Below are positions 38,469 to 46,654 of a DNA stretch of 64,000 nucleotides, in pieces. A model generated the notes under the pieces. It worked only from the letters and a program-made list of their open reading frames with translations, was not told the DNA's origin and did not search any database. Position numbers and translations under genes: made by a program. Source of the stretch: a virus (lineage: Duplodnaviria; Caudoviricetes); the IMG/VR virus record IMGVR_UViG_3300002220_000288, positions 33,491-97,490 of that record. The stretch is one strand, 5' to 3'. Every line of letters begins with the position of its first letter. Position 1 is the first letter of the stretch.

Positions 38469-40385
38469 TCATATCCTTCTAGGGATGTAGATGGTCCTTG
38501 GATCATCTAAAACTTCAACCATTCTATCCTCTTCTTCTACGTATATCAACCTTGGGTCGTCAAGAACTTTAATCACGTTTCCTACTGGGTAGGAAAGAGC
38601 AAGATACGAGTCCGTGCTGTGTGAAGCGATAACGACAACCTTAAGCAAGGAGTCGGTCTGATGCGTTTTCTCGCTAGTCATCGAAAGCAGAGAATCCGTC
38701 GAATGGATCACGGACACTTGCTTTATCAGAAGAGAATCAGCCTGATGAACTCTCTCCTTGACTTCTTTAAGCAAAGAGTCGGTCAAGTGAGAGGCTTCTG
38801 CTTGCTTATACAGTAAAGAGTCAGTTGAATGAGATTTTACGACCTCTGCATAAGCCAGTGAGTCAGTGCTGTGGAGTCGGGATAGGGTTGCACGAACTAA
38901 CGAATCGGTAGTATGTGAGCGAGATTGCGTGACTCTTAGAAACGAATCGGTTAAATGAGCCGCTGTAGGAGTCTTGTACTTGAGAGAGTCAGTCTGGTGT
39001 GCTTTCTCTACAGCTAAATACAATAAACAGTCTGTAGTGTGCGACAGATCTTTCCTGAGAAGGATATAAGAGTCGGTCGAGTGCTGCTTTTCGGTAGATA
39101 GGTAGACCAGAGAGTCGGTCTGATACGATTTGTCAATAGACGCCCTAAGAAGAGAGTCTGTTAAATAATCTACCGATTGAACCTTCAGTAGTAGTGAATC
39201 CGTAGAGTGCTGCTTCTGGATCCTTGCATACAAAAAAGAATCAGATTGATGCGCCTTTTCAAATACCGCTTTAACTAGAGAATCAGTTACGTGACTTTCT
39301 AGTTGAGACTTTAACAGCAACGAGTCAGTCGAGTGGCTGACCGAGGCTACGCCAACCTGAATTAAGTAAGAGTCTGTTGAGTGAGTTGCTACCTGGCTTT
39401 TGAATAACAGGGAATCAGTAAGATGAGTCTCGAAGAACCTACTGATAGCCAAGGAGTCAGCGCTGTGAGCCTGTTCGGAAGTCCTATAAACTAAAGAGTC
39501 GGCAGAGTGGAAGAGATCTTCCGTGAGACTGACATAAGAATCAGTCTGGTGAGACTTTTCTACAGACGCGAAAAGAAAACTGTCTGTTAGATGATTCAAC
39601 GCGGAGGTCTTACTGAGTAGGCTATCTGTCGAGTGACTATTACTTATGCTGTAAACCAGATAGCTGTCAGTGAAAAAGACTTTTACGTAGCTCGCTGCAA
39701 CGATAGAGTCGGTAGAGTGTACTGGAGTAGTCCTATTAAGGAGGAAGCTGTCTGTTGAGTGATCCTTGCTGGCTACGAGAAGGAGATAGCTGTCGGTGGA
39801 AAACTGCTTAACTGCTGTCGCTTTAACAAAAGAGTCTGTTGAAAACTCCAGCACGGAACTCTTGAACAGAAGACTGTCTGTTGAATGAGATTCAGAAGAA
39901 GTCTTGTAGAGATAGCTGTCAACGGACTGAGAAACGGTCGAGGCTTTCCTGGCTAAAGAGTCTGTTGAATGCGATCTAGATAGCTCGGCCTTGAGGAGCG
40001 AGTTAGTTAAGTGCGATTTGGAGACCGTCGCTACTAACAGCGAGTCGGTTGAGTGGGACTTTGTAACTTGAACAGTAGAAACAGAAAGAAAAGAGTCTGA
40101 AGAGTGAACTACTGTTTCGGTATCCCTGAGAAGTGAATCAGTAGAGTGATTTCTAGATAAAGATGCCCTAAGTAGCGAATTAGTGTTGTGGGATAAAGTG
40201 GAGGTCTTTGATAGAAATGAACTCGTGCTGTGAGATCTATCGTAGGTAGCCCTAAGGAGGGAGTTGGTCGAATGAGACTTAGTTTCCTGTCCCTTGAGGA
40301 CAGAACTGGTTGTATGGGTCTTGGTAACCGTCGATGGTGCTGCGGTTCCGAACTGTACGATAATGCGATCCGAAAAAACGGCCAT
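38469..40385 (-). CDS. 14-aa tandem-repeat (HSTDSLL) fibre-like protein
   Basis: About 40 repeats of H-x-T-D-S-L/Y/F-L; C-terminal V..D.R repeats. Confidence 0.75.
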   Translation of the reverse strand: MAVFSDRIIVQFGTAAPSTVTKTHTTSSVLKGQETKSHSTNSLLRATYDRSHSTSSFLSKTSTLSHNTNSLLRASLSRNHSTDSLLRDTETVVHSSDSFLSVSTVQVTKSHSTDSLLVATVSKSHLTNSLLKAELSRSHSTDSLARKASTVSQSVDSYLYKTSSESHSTDSLLFKSSVLEFSTDSFVKATAVKQFSTDSYLLLVASKDHSTDSFLLNRTTPVHSTDSIVAASYVKVFFTDSYLVYSISNSHSTDSLLSKTSALNHLTDSFLFASVEKSHQTDSYVSLTEDLFHSADSLVYRTSEQAHSADSLAISRFFETHLTDSLLFKSQVATHSTDSYLIQVGVASVSHSTDSLLLKSQLESHVTDSLVKAVFEKAHQSDSFLYARIQKQHSTDSLLLKVQSVDYLTDSLLRASIDKSYQTDSLVYLSTEKQHSTDSYILLRKDLSHTTDCLLYLAVEKAHQTDSLKYKTPTAAHLTDSFLRVTQSRSHTTDSLVRATLSRLHSTDSLAYAEVVKSHSTDSLLYKQAEASHLTDSLLKEVKERVHQADSLLIKQVSVIHSTDSLLSMTSEKTHQTDSLLKVVVIASHSTDSYLALSYPVGNVIKVLDDPRLIYVEEEDRMVEVLDDPRTIYIPRRI

Positions 40386-40403
40386 TGTATTGACCCTCCA
40401 GTT

Positions 40404-42281
40404 TTATGCCGTTGTCACGTTGGCGTCGATAGTCGCCGAGCTTCCCGGCATCGTTAGAGCCGAGCTGCGTTGCCGATTCGCTCCGGTCACGCTGCTGCTG
40501 GCGATATCGGCAGGCGTGACGTTCGGGTTTGTTTGCAGTTTCACCGCCGAGCTTGCGCCGTCAGCGTTCGACTCGTGGAAGTAACTCACAGTGGACCCGG
40601 TCCAATCGGCGGGATCAAAAAGCGTGTCAAAGTCCTGAAGGCCGGTTGTGGTAATAGATTGATTGATCAACAGATATTGAGGCTCAAAATTAGATACTTC
40701 AGCGACTTGAATATCGTAAGCTGATAAAAGATCAAGGTCGGAGTCAACAAGAGCAATCCTAGATGAAGACATTGAAGAAATGTTATGTCCAAATGCTACT
40801 GGCGAAAGTGAAAGCCCGATTGATTCAACCCAACTAGACCCATTAAAGTCGTACACTCTAAGCCTTTCAAGAGTATCGTCTAAGAAGACAACCATTGAAG
40901 ATGACAACCCAGCAAGAGACGGTGATCCAGCTCCAGATACACTCAAAGAGCTACCTACTTGAGCCCATCTACTACTAGAGTAGTCGTAAGCCCTTAGTAG
41001 ATCATTTGTTGAGTCGATAGTTGCAATTCTAGTTGGCGACAAAGCCGCTATAGCCGGATCTCCTAAACTGGAAACATTTATGGATGAACCAGATGTTGTC
41101 CAGTTAGTTCCGTCAAAGCTATAGTTCCTCAAGATTCCGGTTGATGTTGCCCCGCTGTTAGCAAGAACCGCAATAATAGATGAATCCAGGTAAGCAATCG
41201 CTCCTCCTTGTGCCGAAACAGTAAGAGTATTGCCTGTTTTAGACCAATTAGTGCCGTCAAAATCGTAAACATTCAACAAAGATGAAGCGGCCCCGTTCCA
41301 AATAAAAACAGCAACTCTTGAGCTGGACATGGCGGTCATACTAAAACCTCTTCCAGAAGATACGCTTGAAACGAAAATACCATTACCTTGCTTTGACCAG
41401 TTAGTTCCATTAAAACTATAAGCTACCAAACTTTCAGTTGATGGAGAAGAAAGGTCTATGGCCGCAACCAAGGAAGATGTCATAGCAGCAACGCAGGACG
41501 AACGGGTTGTCGAAAACGAATTTCCAACCATAGCAATAGAAGACGATCCGCTTACCACGATCTTAGCAGCGTAAGTCACATGCCCACCGTTCATCGTGTC
41601 GGAGTCACGGGAGACGATTCGGTAGTTCCTATCATTTGTCGGCGCAAACGCCACTTTGTAATCGGTGGCCGTAGTGGTCGTAATCGAGCTTGCAATCGTA
41701 ACCTTATCAGCCCAGGAACCGAACGAACCGTTGTCCTCCTGTAGAACCCATGTCGAGTTAGACATCGTAGAAGTGTCGCGCTTGCCGACTACTTCAGCAA
41801 AAAACGAAAGCCCTGAACTCCATTTAGAAGAATCGTAATACCAATACTTCGGCGCTGTTAGTGGGATATTAGTAGTGCTGAGTTGTGTCTCTTGTCCGCC
41901 GATTTCAATCTGTGTTTCGGTAGCGTAGACAGGGCCTGATCCGGTATCTTGAAATACGATAATTCTGGCGGAGCGAATTTGTGGGCCAGTGCCGCCGCTG
42001 ATTGCCACACGGTATTCGGTCGCACCTTCTGGAGGAGTTAAAGTGGCGCGAGATCGAGTGTAAGCGGTAGCAGTCAGGCTTATAGTAGCGTCATTGGTAG
42101 TAGTTCCGTTCCTTTGACAGGTGACAGTCGCTGTGCCACTAGAAACCAGACCGACGATTTCAAATTGATACGTCACCGTGCCTGAATACTTTCCAGTGTC
42201 TAGCACAGCGAACCCTACGCTCGTCGCCGTGATCGTGGCGTTGAGAATGTTGATCTCCTGCCTGATCTTAGCCACTACCAA
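40404..42281 (-). CDS. Fibre/receptor-binding-like protein with an inserted beta-propeller
   Basis: Repeated Y(S/D)F(N/D)GTNW..G motifs about 45 aa apart. Confidence 0.65.
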   Translation of the reverse strand: MVVAKIRQEINILNATITATSVGFAVLDTGKYSGTVTYQFEIVGLVSSGTATVTCQRNGTTTNDATISLTATAYTRSRATLTPPEGATEYRVAISGGTGPQIRSARIIVFQDTGSGPVYATETQIEIGGQETQLSTTNIPLTAPKYWYYDSSKWSSGLSFFAEVVGKRDTSTMSNSTWVLQEDNGSFGSWADKVTIASSITTTTATDYKVAFAPTNDRNYRIVSRDSDTMNGGHVTYAAKIVVSGSSSIAMVGNSFSTTRSSCVAAMTSSLVAAIDLSSPSTESLVAYSFNGTNWSKQGNGIFVSSVSSGRGFSMTAMSSSRVAVFIWNGAASSLLNVYDFDGTNWSKTGNTLTVSAQGGAIAYLDSSIIAVLANSGATSTGILRNYSFDGTNWTTSGSSINVSSLGDPAIAALSPTRIATIDSTNDLLRAYDYSSSRWAQVGSSLSVSGAGSPSLAGLSSSMVVFLDDTLERLRVYDFNGSSWVESIGLSLSPVAFGHNISSMSSSRIALVDSDLDLLSAYDIQVAEVSNFEPQYLLINQSITTTGLQDFDTLFDPADWTGSTVSYFHESNADGASSAVKLQTNPNVTPADIASSSVTGANRQRSSALTMPGSSATIDANVTTA

Positions 42282-42696
42282 CCTCCTGAATCAGGCTTGC
42301 ATATTCTTCTCTAACCTTCACCTTCTCCTGATCTGTAAGTACTCGGTCAAAATGAAGCTCCACCTGATCGACTTCTCCGCCTGGAATGGATTGTGAATAG
42401 AAAATACGGTACGGGATACCTATAGCCTCAGCTATAGCCTCACGCTGGTTCCACACGTCTTTCACTAAAAACCGAGTAGGAGAAGATGGCGGGAATGTTG
42501 GCGAATTTTCAATCAATGCGTCAAGAGAAATCTTCTCACTTTCAGTCAACTGACGGTTGAACATTATGCAGGTATGCCACGTTTCGTCAACTTGGATATC
42601 GCTCGTCCCGGAAGGCGCGATGCCGACCTCCTGCTCGATCCTCTGGAGCATATTCCATCGGTAGCCGCCATTTACTTGCGGATACCTATACGTCAT
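42268..42696 (-). CDS. Hypothetical protein with internal duplication
   Basis: FNRQLTESEK / FDRVLTDQEK. Confidence 0.55.
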   Translation of the reverse strand: MTYRYPQVNGGYRWNMLQRIEQEVGIAPSGTSDIQVDETWHTCIMFNRQLTESEKISLDALIENSPTFPPSSPTRFLVKDVWNQREAIAEAIGIPYRIFYSQSIPGGEVDQVELHFDRVLTDQEKVKVREEYASLIQEVGSG

Positions 42697-43069
42697 TTTC
42701 AACCTCGCATGAAACCGGCACGACAGAATAAAACCACGGATGATCTTCTCTCCAAGCGCCAGCCATATGAACTTGCCCAGACTCAGTAACGTAGGCGATA
42801 GACTGAACGTTTACCCCGTTTACGGTCTTTTGCCAGCCTACCATGTACACAGCAAATGGGCTTTCGCCAGTTCGTTGCTCTACTCTCTTTCGGTAGATAA
42901 ACCTTTGGCCTTGATCCAGGTGAAGCTCGAACAAATGCCTGCCCTCATCTGAGTAAAGAGCAAATGATTCAAGCTTCGCCCTGTTGATATCTACGTACCT
43001 ATTCTCACTGCCGTCATCGTTGACCTGATGCAGTTCGGTTTTGTCGTTGTATCGAGCTAACCACTTCAT
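42686..43069 (-). CDS. Hypothetical protein
   Basis: MKWLARYND.., RFIYRKR, YMVGWQ. Confidence 0.6.
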   Translation of the reverse strand: MKWLARYNDKTELHQVNDDGSENRYVDINRAKLESFALYSDEGRHLFELHLDQGQRFIYRKRVEQRTGESPFAVYMVGWQKTVNGVNVQSIAYVTESGQVHMAGAWREDHPWFYSVVPVSCEVENDV

Positions 43070-43098
43070 GATAGATTCCTTTTGCTTTCTACTAATTC

Positions 43099-43641
43099 TC
43101 AAGTTTCGTCGTAGCGATAGCTGAATGTTTCCTGCCCGGTAGCGCCAGGGGAGGCCGTGGTGCCGATTTCAGTCTGATATACTACAAAGTTACCCAAGTC
43201 TCCGGTCGTGCTGGTAATGGTACCAGTCACAGAGAGCGGAGACGCACTTGTGTATGTAAAAGCGTCAACCGGAGTTCCAACGCCAGAGTAGTTTGCGTTG
43301 GTTAGCTGATTACCTGTAGTTCCAGCCGTTCCAGTTGCCTGAACGTAAGTGGAAGCACCAGCGCTTACTTTGCAAGTAACACCAGTCCCAAACGTATTGG
43401 ACCCATCAGTGAACCACTTGATATTGTTGATAGTTCCGCTTGGGGCAACATCCACACTCAGGCGAGTTGACACCCAGTACGAGTAGTTTGTTCCTGATGT
43501 AGGGATCTGAATCGGGTTGGTTGTACCTGCGGTAGAGTGAGCGTCTTCCGCGTTTGCGCGAGTGTTAATGCTGGTAATATCGGTTTTAGTAGGTGATCCA
43601 GAAGACCCCGTCCACCTCCGAATTGTTACTGTAGCTGGCAT
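43099..43641 (-). CDS. Virion structural protein (Thr/Gly-rich)
   Basis: NYSYWV..., ends FSYRYDET; GAGGA RBS. Confidence 0.65.
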   Translation of the reverse strand: MPATVTIRRWTGSSGSPTKTDITSINTRANAEDAHSTAGTTNPIQIPTSGTNYSYWVSTRLSVDVAPSGTINNIKWFTDGSNTFGTGVTCKVSAGASTYVQATGTAGTTGNQLTNANYSGVGTPVDAFTYTSASPLSVTGTITSTTGDLGNFVVYQTEIGTTASPGATGQETFSYRYDET

Positions 43642-43668
43642 GACTTGAAATCCTCTTTGTGTTTATTG

Positions 43669-43947
43669 TTACCTGTTCTGCACCGTCAACTGCAAACTTC
43701 GCCTGTCGATCTCTCCTAAGTTTGTCGTAATCTGGCAGGTGACAGTATAACTCGTCCCATCCACCCCGCCCGAGATGCGGCAAGTGGAAGTGTAACTAGT
43801 GTTAGACTCAGAAACTTTAGTAAGACCAGCCGGGACGGTCCAAGAAGTACTAGAGACTGTCTCATTCGCGCCGAGCCAATCCGTCCAATCAAACGAATAG
43901 TCTAGCGTAGCGCCTGGATCTTTAATGTAGACAAACTCTACCGGCAT
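43669..43947 (-). CDS. Fibre-attachment adaptor protein, probably leaderless
   Basis: KDP...DYSFDW..WL...ETV..S.W, SGG..G..Y.V...ITT..G...R pattern. Confidence 0.7.
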   Translation of the reverse strand: MPVEFVYIKDPGATLDYSFDWTDWLGANETVSSTSWTVPAGLTKVSESNTSYTSTCRISGGVDGTSYTVTCQITTNLGEIDRRSLQLTVQNR

Positions 43948-43954
43948 CAACTAA

Positions 43955-43984
43955 AGGTTATCAATACACTATAGGTAATATCAA
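43955..43984 (-). promoter_or_regulatory. Promoter TTGATA-N18-TAACCT (TGn-extended), 7 nt before ATG
   Basis: tatcaa 43979-43984, aggtta 43955-43960, ATG at 43947. Confidence 0.6.
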
Positions 43985-43987
43985 CAT

Positions 43988-44032
43988 AAATAAAAACGGG
44001 ACCGGCTAAAGGAGAAAAAGCCAGTCCCGTTT
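43988..44032 (-). terminator. Intrinsic terminator with anti-SD loop
   Basis: AAACGGGACTGGCT-N11-AGCCGGTCCCGTTT-TTATTT. Confidence 0.8.
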
Positions 44033-44055
44033 CGGCGCGTCGGCGACCTGTCTAT
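43988..44055 (-). ncRNA. Candidate anti-Shine-Dalgarno sRNA A
   Basis: TGCTATAAT promoter; 14-bp stem (one G-U pair on this strand) with an 11-nt loop UUUUCUCCUUU, then a U-tract; no ORF. Confidence 0.65.
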
Positions 44056-44061
44056 ACGTAC

Positions 44062-44070
44062 ATTATAGCA
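44062..44070 (-). promoter_or_regulatory. Extended -10 promoter TGCTATAAT
   Basis: Perfect TGnTATAAT in an intergenic region. Confidence 0.75.
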
Positions 44071-44075
44071 TCGGC

Positions 44076-44279
44076 TTACATCATGGTCAGTTTTTTCGAG
44101 GAAGGCTTGATAATTTTCCCCGGAAACTCCTCAAGGGCATTGATTTTAAGCAACTCTCCGACCTCAAGCGACAGCGAAAAGGGAGAAATCTTCAACTTCT
44201 TGGCGATTTCGTCGATTGAAATGCCATTTTCCGCGTTCTTATAGACCAGAGCTACTATTTTCTTCTGATGTTTATTCAT
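44076..44279 (-). CDS. Small winged-helix/HTH DNA-binding protein
   Basis: GISIDEIAKKLKISP..L...V..L. Confidence 0.6.
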   Translation of the reverse strand: MNKHQKKIVALVYKNAENGISIDEIAKKLKISPFSLSLEVGELLKINALEEFPGKIIKPSSKKLTMM

Positions 44280-44290
44280 TTGAACCTATT

Positions 44291-44512
44291 TTAGTCGGTT
44301 TTTGACGACTCCCAAGGGCGCTTTTCAGTCCCAAGAGTGAAATTTGCGTCTAGCCGGATGTCTTTATTCGATAAAGACCAACATTCTCCGCTTTCTTTCA
44401 TGAAAACAACCCAGATCAGGTCATGTTCTTGGCTGTAGTCGATCAAAAAATGAGCAAAACCACGTCCTTTTACGGTCGTGACTGGCAGCGGAGGGTTGAT
44501 CTGGATAATCAC
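44291..44512 (-). CDS. Conserved phage hypothetical protein
   Basis: QINPPLPV.T.KG.G.A..LIDY..EHDL.WV motif. Confidence 0.65.
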   Translation of the reverse strand: MIIQINPPLPVTTVKGRGFAHFLIDYSQEHDLIWVVFMKESGECWSLSNKDIRLDANFTLGTEKRPWESSKTD

Positions 44513-44688
44513 TTAGCCATTTCCGCTGTGTTTCCATAATCCTTATCCCAAATAGGGCACCAATCAGGGCATCCTTTGTCCGCTACCTCGATTGACTTCT
44601 CGTTTTTCGGCATACACATGAAATATGCTTCTGTGGCCGAGACGACTTTAACTGCAAATCCGCATTCATGGCAAGTAGGTGTCTGCAT
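44509..44688 (-). CDS. 59-aa Cys-rich protein, probably leaderless (not in the ORF track)
   Basis: MQTPTCHEC...CPDWCP...; TGGTAAGAT 6 nt before ATG; GTGA overlap with the next gene. Confidence 0.6.
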   Translation of the reverse strand: MQTPTCHECGFAVKVVSATEAYFMCMPKNEKSIEVADKGCPDWCPIWDKDYGNTAEMAK

Positions 44689-44713
44689 GAGTATATCTTA
44701 CCATCTTGAGAGT

Positions 44714-44752
44714 AAAAAGCAAAACCCCCGGCAAAGGAGGAAAGCCGGGGGT
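44714..44752 (-). terminator. Intrinsic terminator with anti-SD loop
   Basis: ACCCCCGGC-N11-GCCGGGGGT-TTTGCTTTTT. Confidence 0.8.
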
Positions 44753-44784
44753 CAAGCCGAAAGGAGGTGATCGAAACAACCTAC
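44714..44784 (-). ncRNA. Candidate anti-Shine-Dalgarno sRNA B (16S 3'-end mimic)
   Basis: TGCTATATT promoter; contains GATCACCTCCTTTC and a terminator with loop UUUCCUCCUUU. Confidence 0.7.
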
Positions 44785-44790
44785 AACTCA

Positions 44791-44799
44791 AATATAGCA
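44791..44799 (-). promoter_or_regulatory. Extended -10 promoter TGCTATATT
   Basis: TGn + TATATT, 11 nt downstream of the upstream gene's stop. Confidence 0.6.
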
Positions 44800-44810
44800 C
44801 AAAGAACTGG

Positions 44811-45416
44811 CTATTGGAGTAGGAACCAGAAATAAGTGTCGGGTCCGATTTCAAGCTCGATCTTCAACTCTCCATGATCTTCAATCTTGAATCCTGCTTT
44901 ATCGAACAGCGAAGCCCACATTCGTTTACCCATTACGCTGTAGTGATTGGGGTTAGATTCGTGATGGCACACTGTGTCGGGAGCCGGAACCTCGACATAC
45001 ATTCTTCCGCCGTTGACAAGCCGCTCTTTAAGGAGACAGAGATCAAGGAAGGGAGAGGTGAAATGCTCAAGAGAGTGCCGCGCCCAGATAAGGTCGTAGT
45101 GGTATCGGCCCTCGTACAACGAAGAGTCGTCCACCGTTAGCCCGATCCACGTCACGTCGCTATTAGCTTCTGCGTTATCTTGCTCGGTAGTATCTGGCGT
45201 GATAACGTGCAAGTGTTTTATATTGGGGAACGACTTGCGGAAAGAAGGCCAAGCCACGCCCATGCCGCAACCTACGTCTAAGACACTCACTACACTAGAG
45301 GCGTCAATACGCTCCGTAAGGCCAACTACCATTCCTTCAGTAATTGCCGTGTGCATCGGAGTGAGATGCTCGGTGTAGACAGTAGAGAGAGGTTTTTTCA
45401 TTGAGTCGATTTCCAT
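44811..45416 (-). CDS. Class I SAM-dependent methyltransferase
   Basis: VLDVGCGMG, YDLIWARHSLEH, GG.MYVEVP. Confidence 0.85.
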   Translation of the reverse strand: MEIDSMKKPLSTVYTEHLTPMHTAITEGMVVGLTERIDASSVVSVLDVGCGMGVAWPSFRKSFPNIKHLHVITPDTTEQDNAEANSDVTWIGLTVDDSSLYEGRYHYDLIWARHSLEHFTSPFLDLCLLKERLVNGGRMYVEVPAPDTVCHHESNPNHYSVMGKRMWASLFDKAGFKIEDHGELKIELEIGPDTYFWFLLQ

Positions 45417-46085
45417 TTAGAATCCTAAAACCTGTTGCTGTAGTCTTTTAGCTGCAATTTCACAGTATCGTTCGTCGATCTCTATTCCGATTGCGTTTCG
45501 CCCGAGAGATCGAGCAGCAGCCAGGGTCGTGCCGCTACCCATGTACGGATCCAATATACATTCACTTTCTTCCGAGAAGTCCTGCACCCACTTCTGAATC
45601 AGCTTGATTGGCTTCTCGGTGGGATGTTGGCCTCGGACAGTAGGAAAATTCCATACGGCGTGATGGCCTCCGCCATTCCAACGCTTCTTCCCAGGGCGAT
45701 GCATCACAGCAACATCCTCCCATCCTGTTCCCGGCCTGTCGCCTGTGAATTGAGGCGCACCGTTCGGCTTAATCCAAACGCCAAGACGGACAAGTAGACC
45801 CATGTCTTCGAGCCTTACAGCGTGACGCCATTCGCACGTCATAACTACCCACCTTTGGGCAAGTCCGACAAGAGCCCCGCACACATCAACGAACTCATCA
45901 TCGGTAATAGGCGCGAAGTCAATCTGAGACTTCGCTAGGTCTTTCATGCTTCTAGCGCCATTATGGGCTTTAGCTCCGTAAGGCGGATCGGTGATAACTA
46001 CATCTACGCCAGTAAGCGATGAGATAATCTCACGATTATCGCCGTGGTAGATCGTAATTCCCTTTTCTTCGTAATATGCTTTCAT
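45417..46085 (-). CDS. N6-adenine/N4-cytosine DNA methyltransferase (beta class)
   Basis: TDPPY motif IV, HPTEKP, LDPYMGSGTT, GIEI. Confidence 0.92.
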   Translation of the reverse strand: MKAYYEEKGITIYHGDNREIISSLTGVDVVITDPPYGAKAHNGARSMKDLAKSQIDFAPITDDEFVDVCGALVGLAQRWVVMTCEWRHAVRLEDMGLLVRLGVWIKPNGAPQFTGDRPGTGWEDVAVMHRPGKKRWNGGGHHAVWNFPTVRGQHPTEKPIKLIQKWVQDFSEESECILDPYMGSGTTLAAARSLGRNAIGIEIDERYCEIAAKRLQQQVLGF

Positions 46086-46100
46086 TGCAAGACCAGTCTA

Positions 46101-46304
46101 CTAGGTTTCTGTCGGCTGGTCAATTTCCCACGGGAAGCGACCCCCGTCGAGGTAGTCAGACTCAACCCATATGGCGCGATTACCGTATTCGTCATGGCTT
46201 AGAGAAACAACCTTACAATTGGTCTTGGTAAGAGTGTCAAGCACGAGATCGCCCGGCTTTATGGCGGCGTGGAAGGTAGCTAGTTTCTCTAGGTATTCAT
46301 CCAT
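46101..46304 (-). CDS. Hypothetical protein
   Basis: Coupled ORF. Confidence 0.55.
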   Translation of the reverse strand: MDEYLEKLATFHAAIKPGDLVLDTLTKTNCKVVSLSHDEYGNRAIWVESDYLDGGRFPWEIDQPTET

Positions 46305-46642
46305 TAGCTGCTTAGTCCAAACTTCTTTACTAACCGCTCATACTCTCTGCGTTCCATGTCTTCCAACTCCGACTTCTTCTTCTGCTTCCGGGCTTTCCTG
46401 GAAGCAGAACGCTTCTCATCGGCCAATCGCTCGGCCTCGTTCTTATCCCGCCAATATTCAAGAGCGAGATTGTCACCGTAATATCCATCGGCCTTGATTA
46501 TCGCATCTTCAGCATTGACCCCTTGGACAGCAATCAGGTCGTCCCTGAGAGCGGTGAGTTCGGCTACTACATGACTCAGACTTCTGCCATAAACCATATA
46601 GCTAACGTCAACCGTCTCGCGCTTCTTCCCTTTAATAGTCAT
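46304..46642 (-). CDS. Hypothetical protein
   Basis: AAAGGAGA RBS; ERREYERL..KFG C-terminus. Confidence 0.6.
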   Translation of the reverse strand: MTIKGKKRETVDVSYMVYGRSLSHVVAELTALRDDLIAVQGVNAEDAIIKADGYYGDNLALEYWRDKNEAERLADEKRSASRKARKQKKKSELEDMERREYERLVKKFGLSS

Positions 46643-46654
46643 TCCATTCTCCTT

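Noticed and set aside
44759-44772. 16S rRNA gene fragment
   Set aside because: Only 14 nt match, and the flanks lack the conserved upstream 16S sequence (GGCTG, helix 45); treated as a mimic, not rRNA.
44733-44810. Plus-strand small ORF or type I toxin driven by the perfect SDs
   Set aside because: No start codon at suitable spacing after either AAAGGAGG; the promoter and terminator U-tract point to the minus strand.
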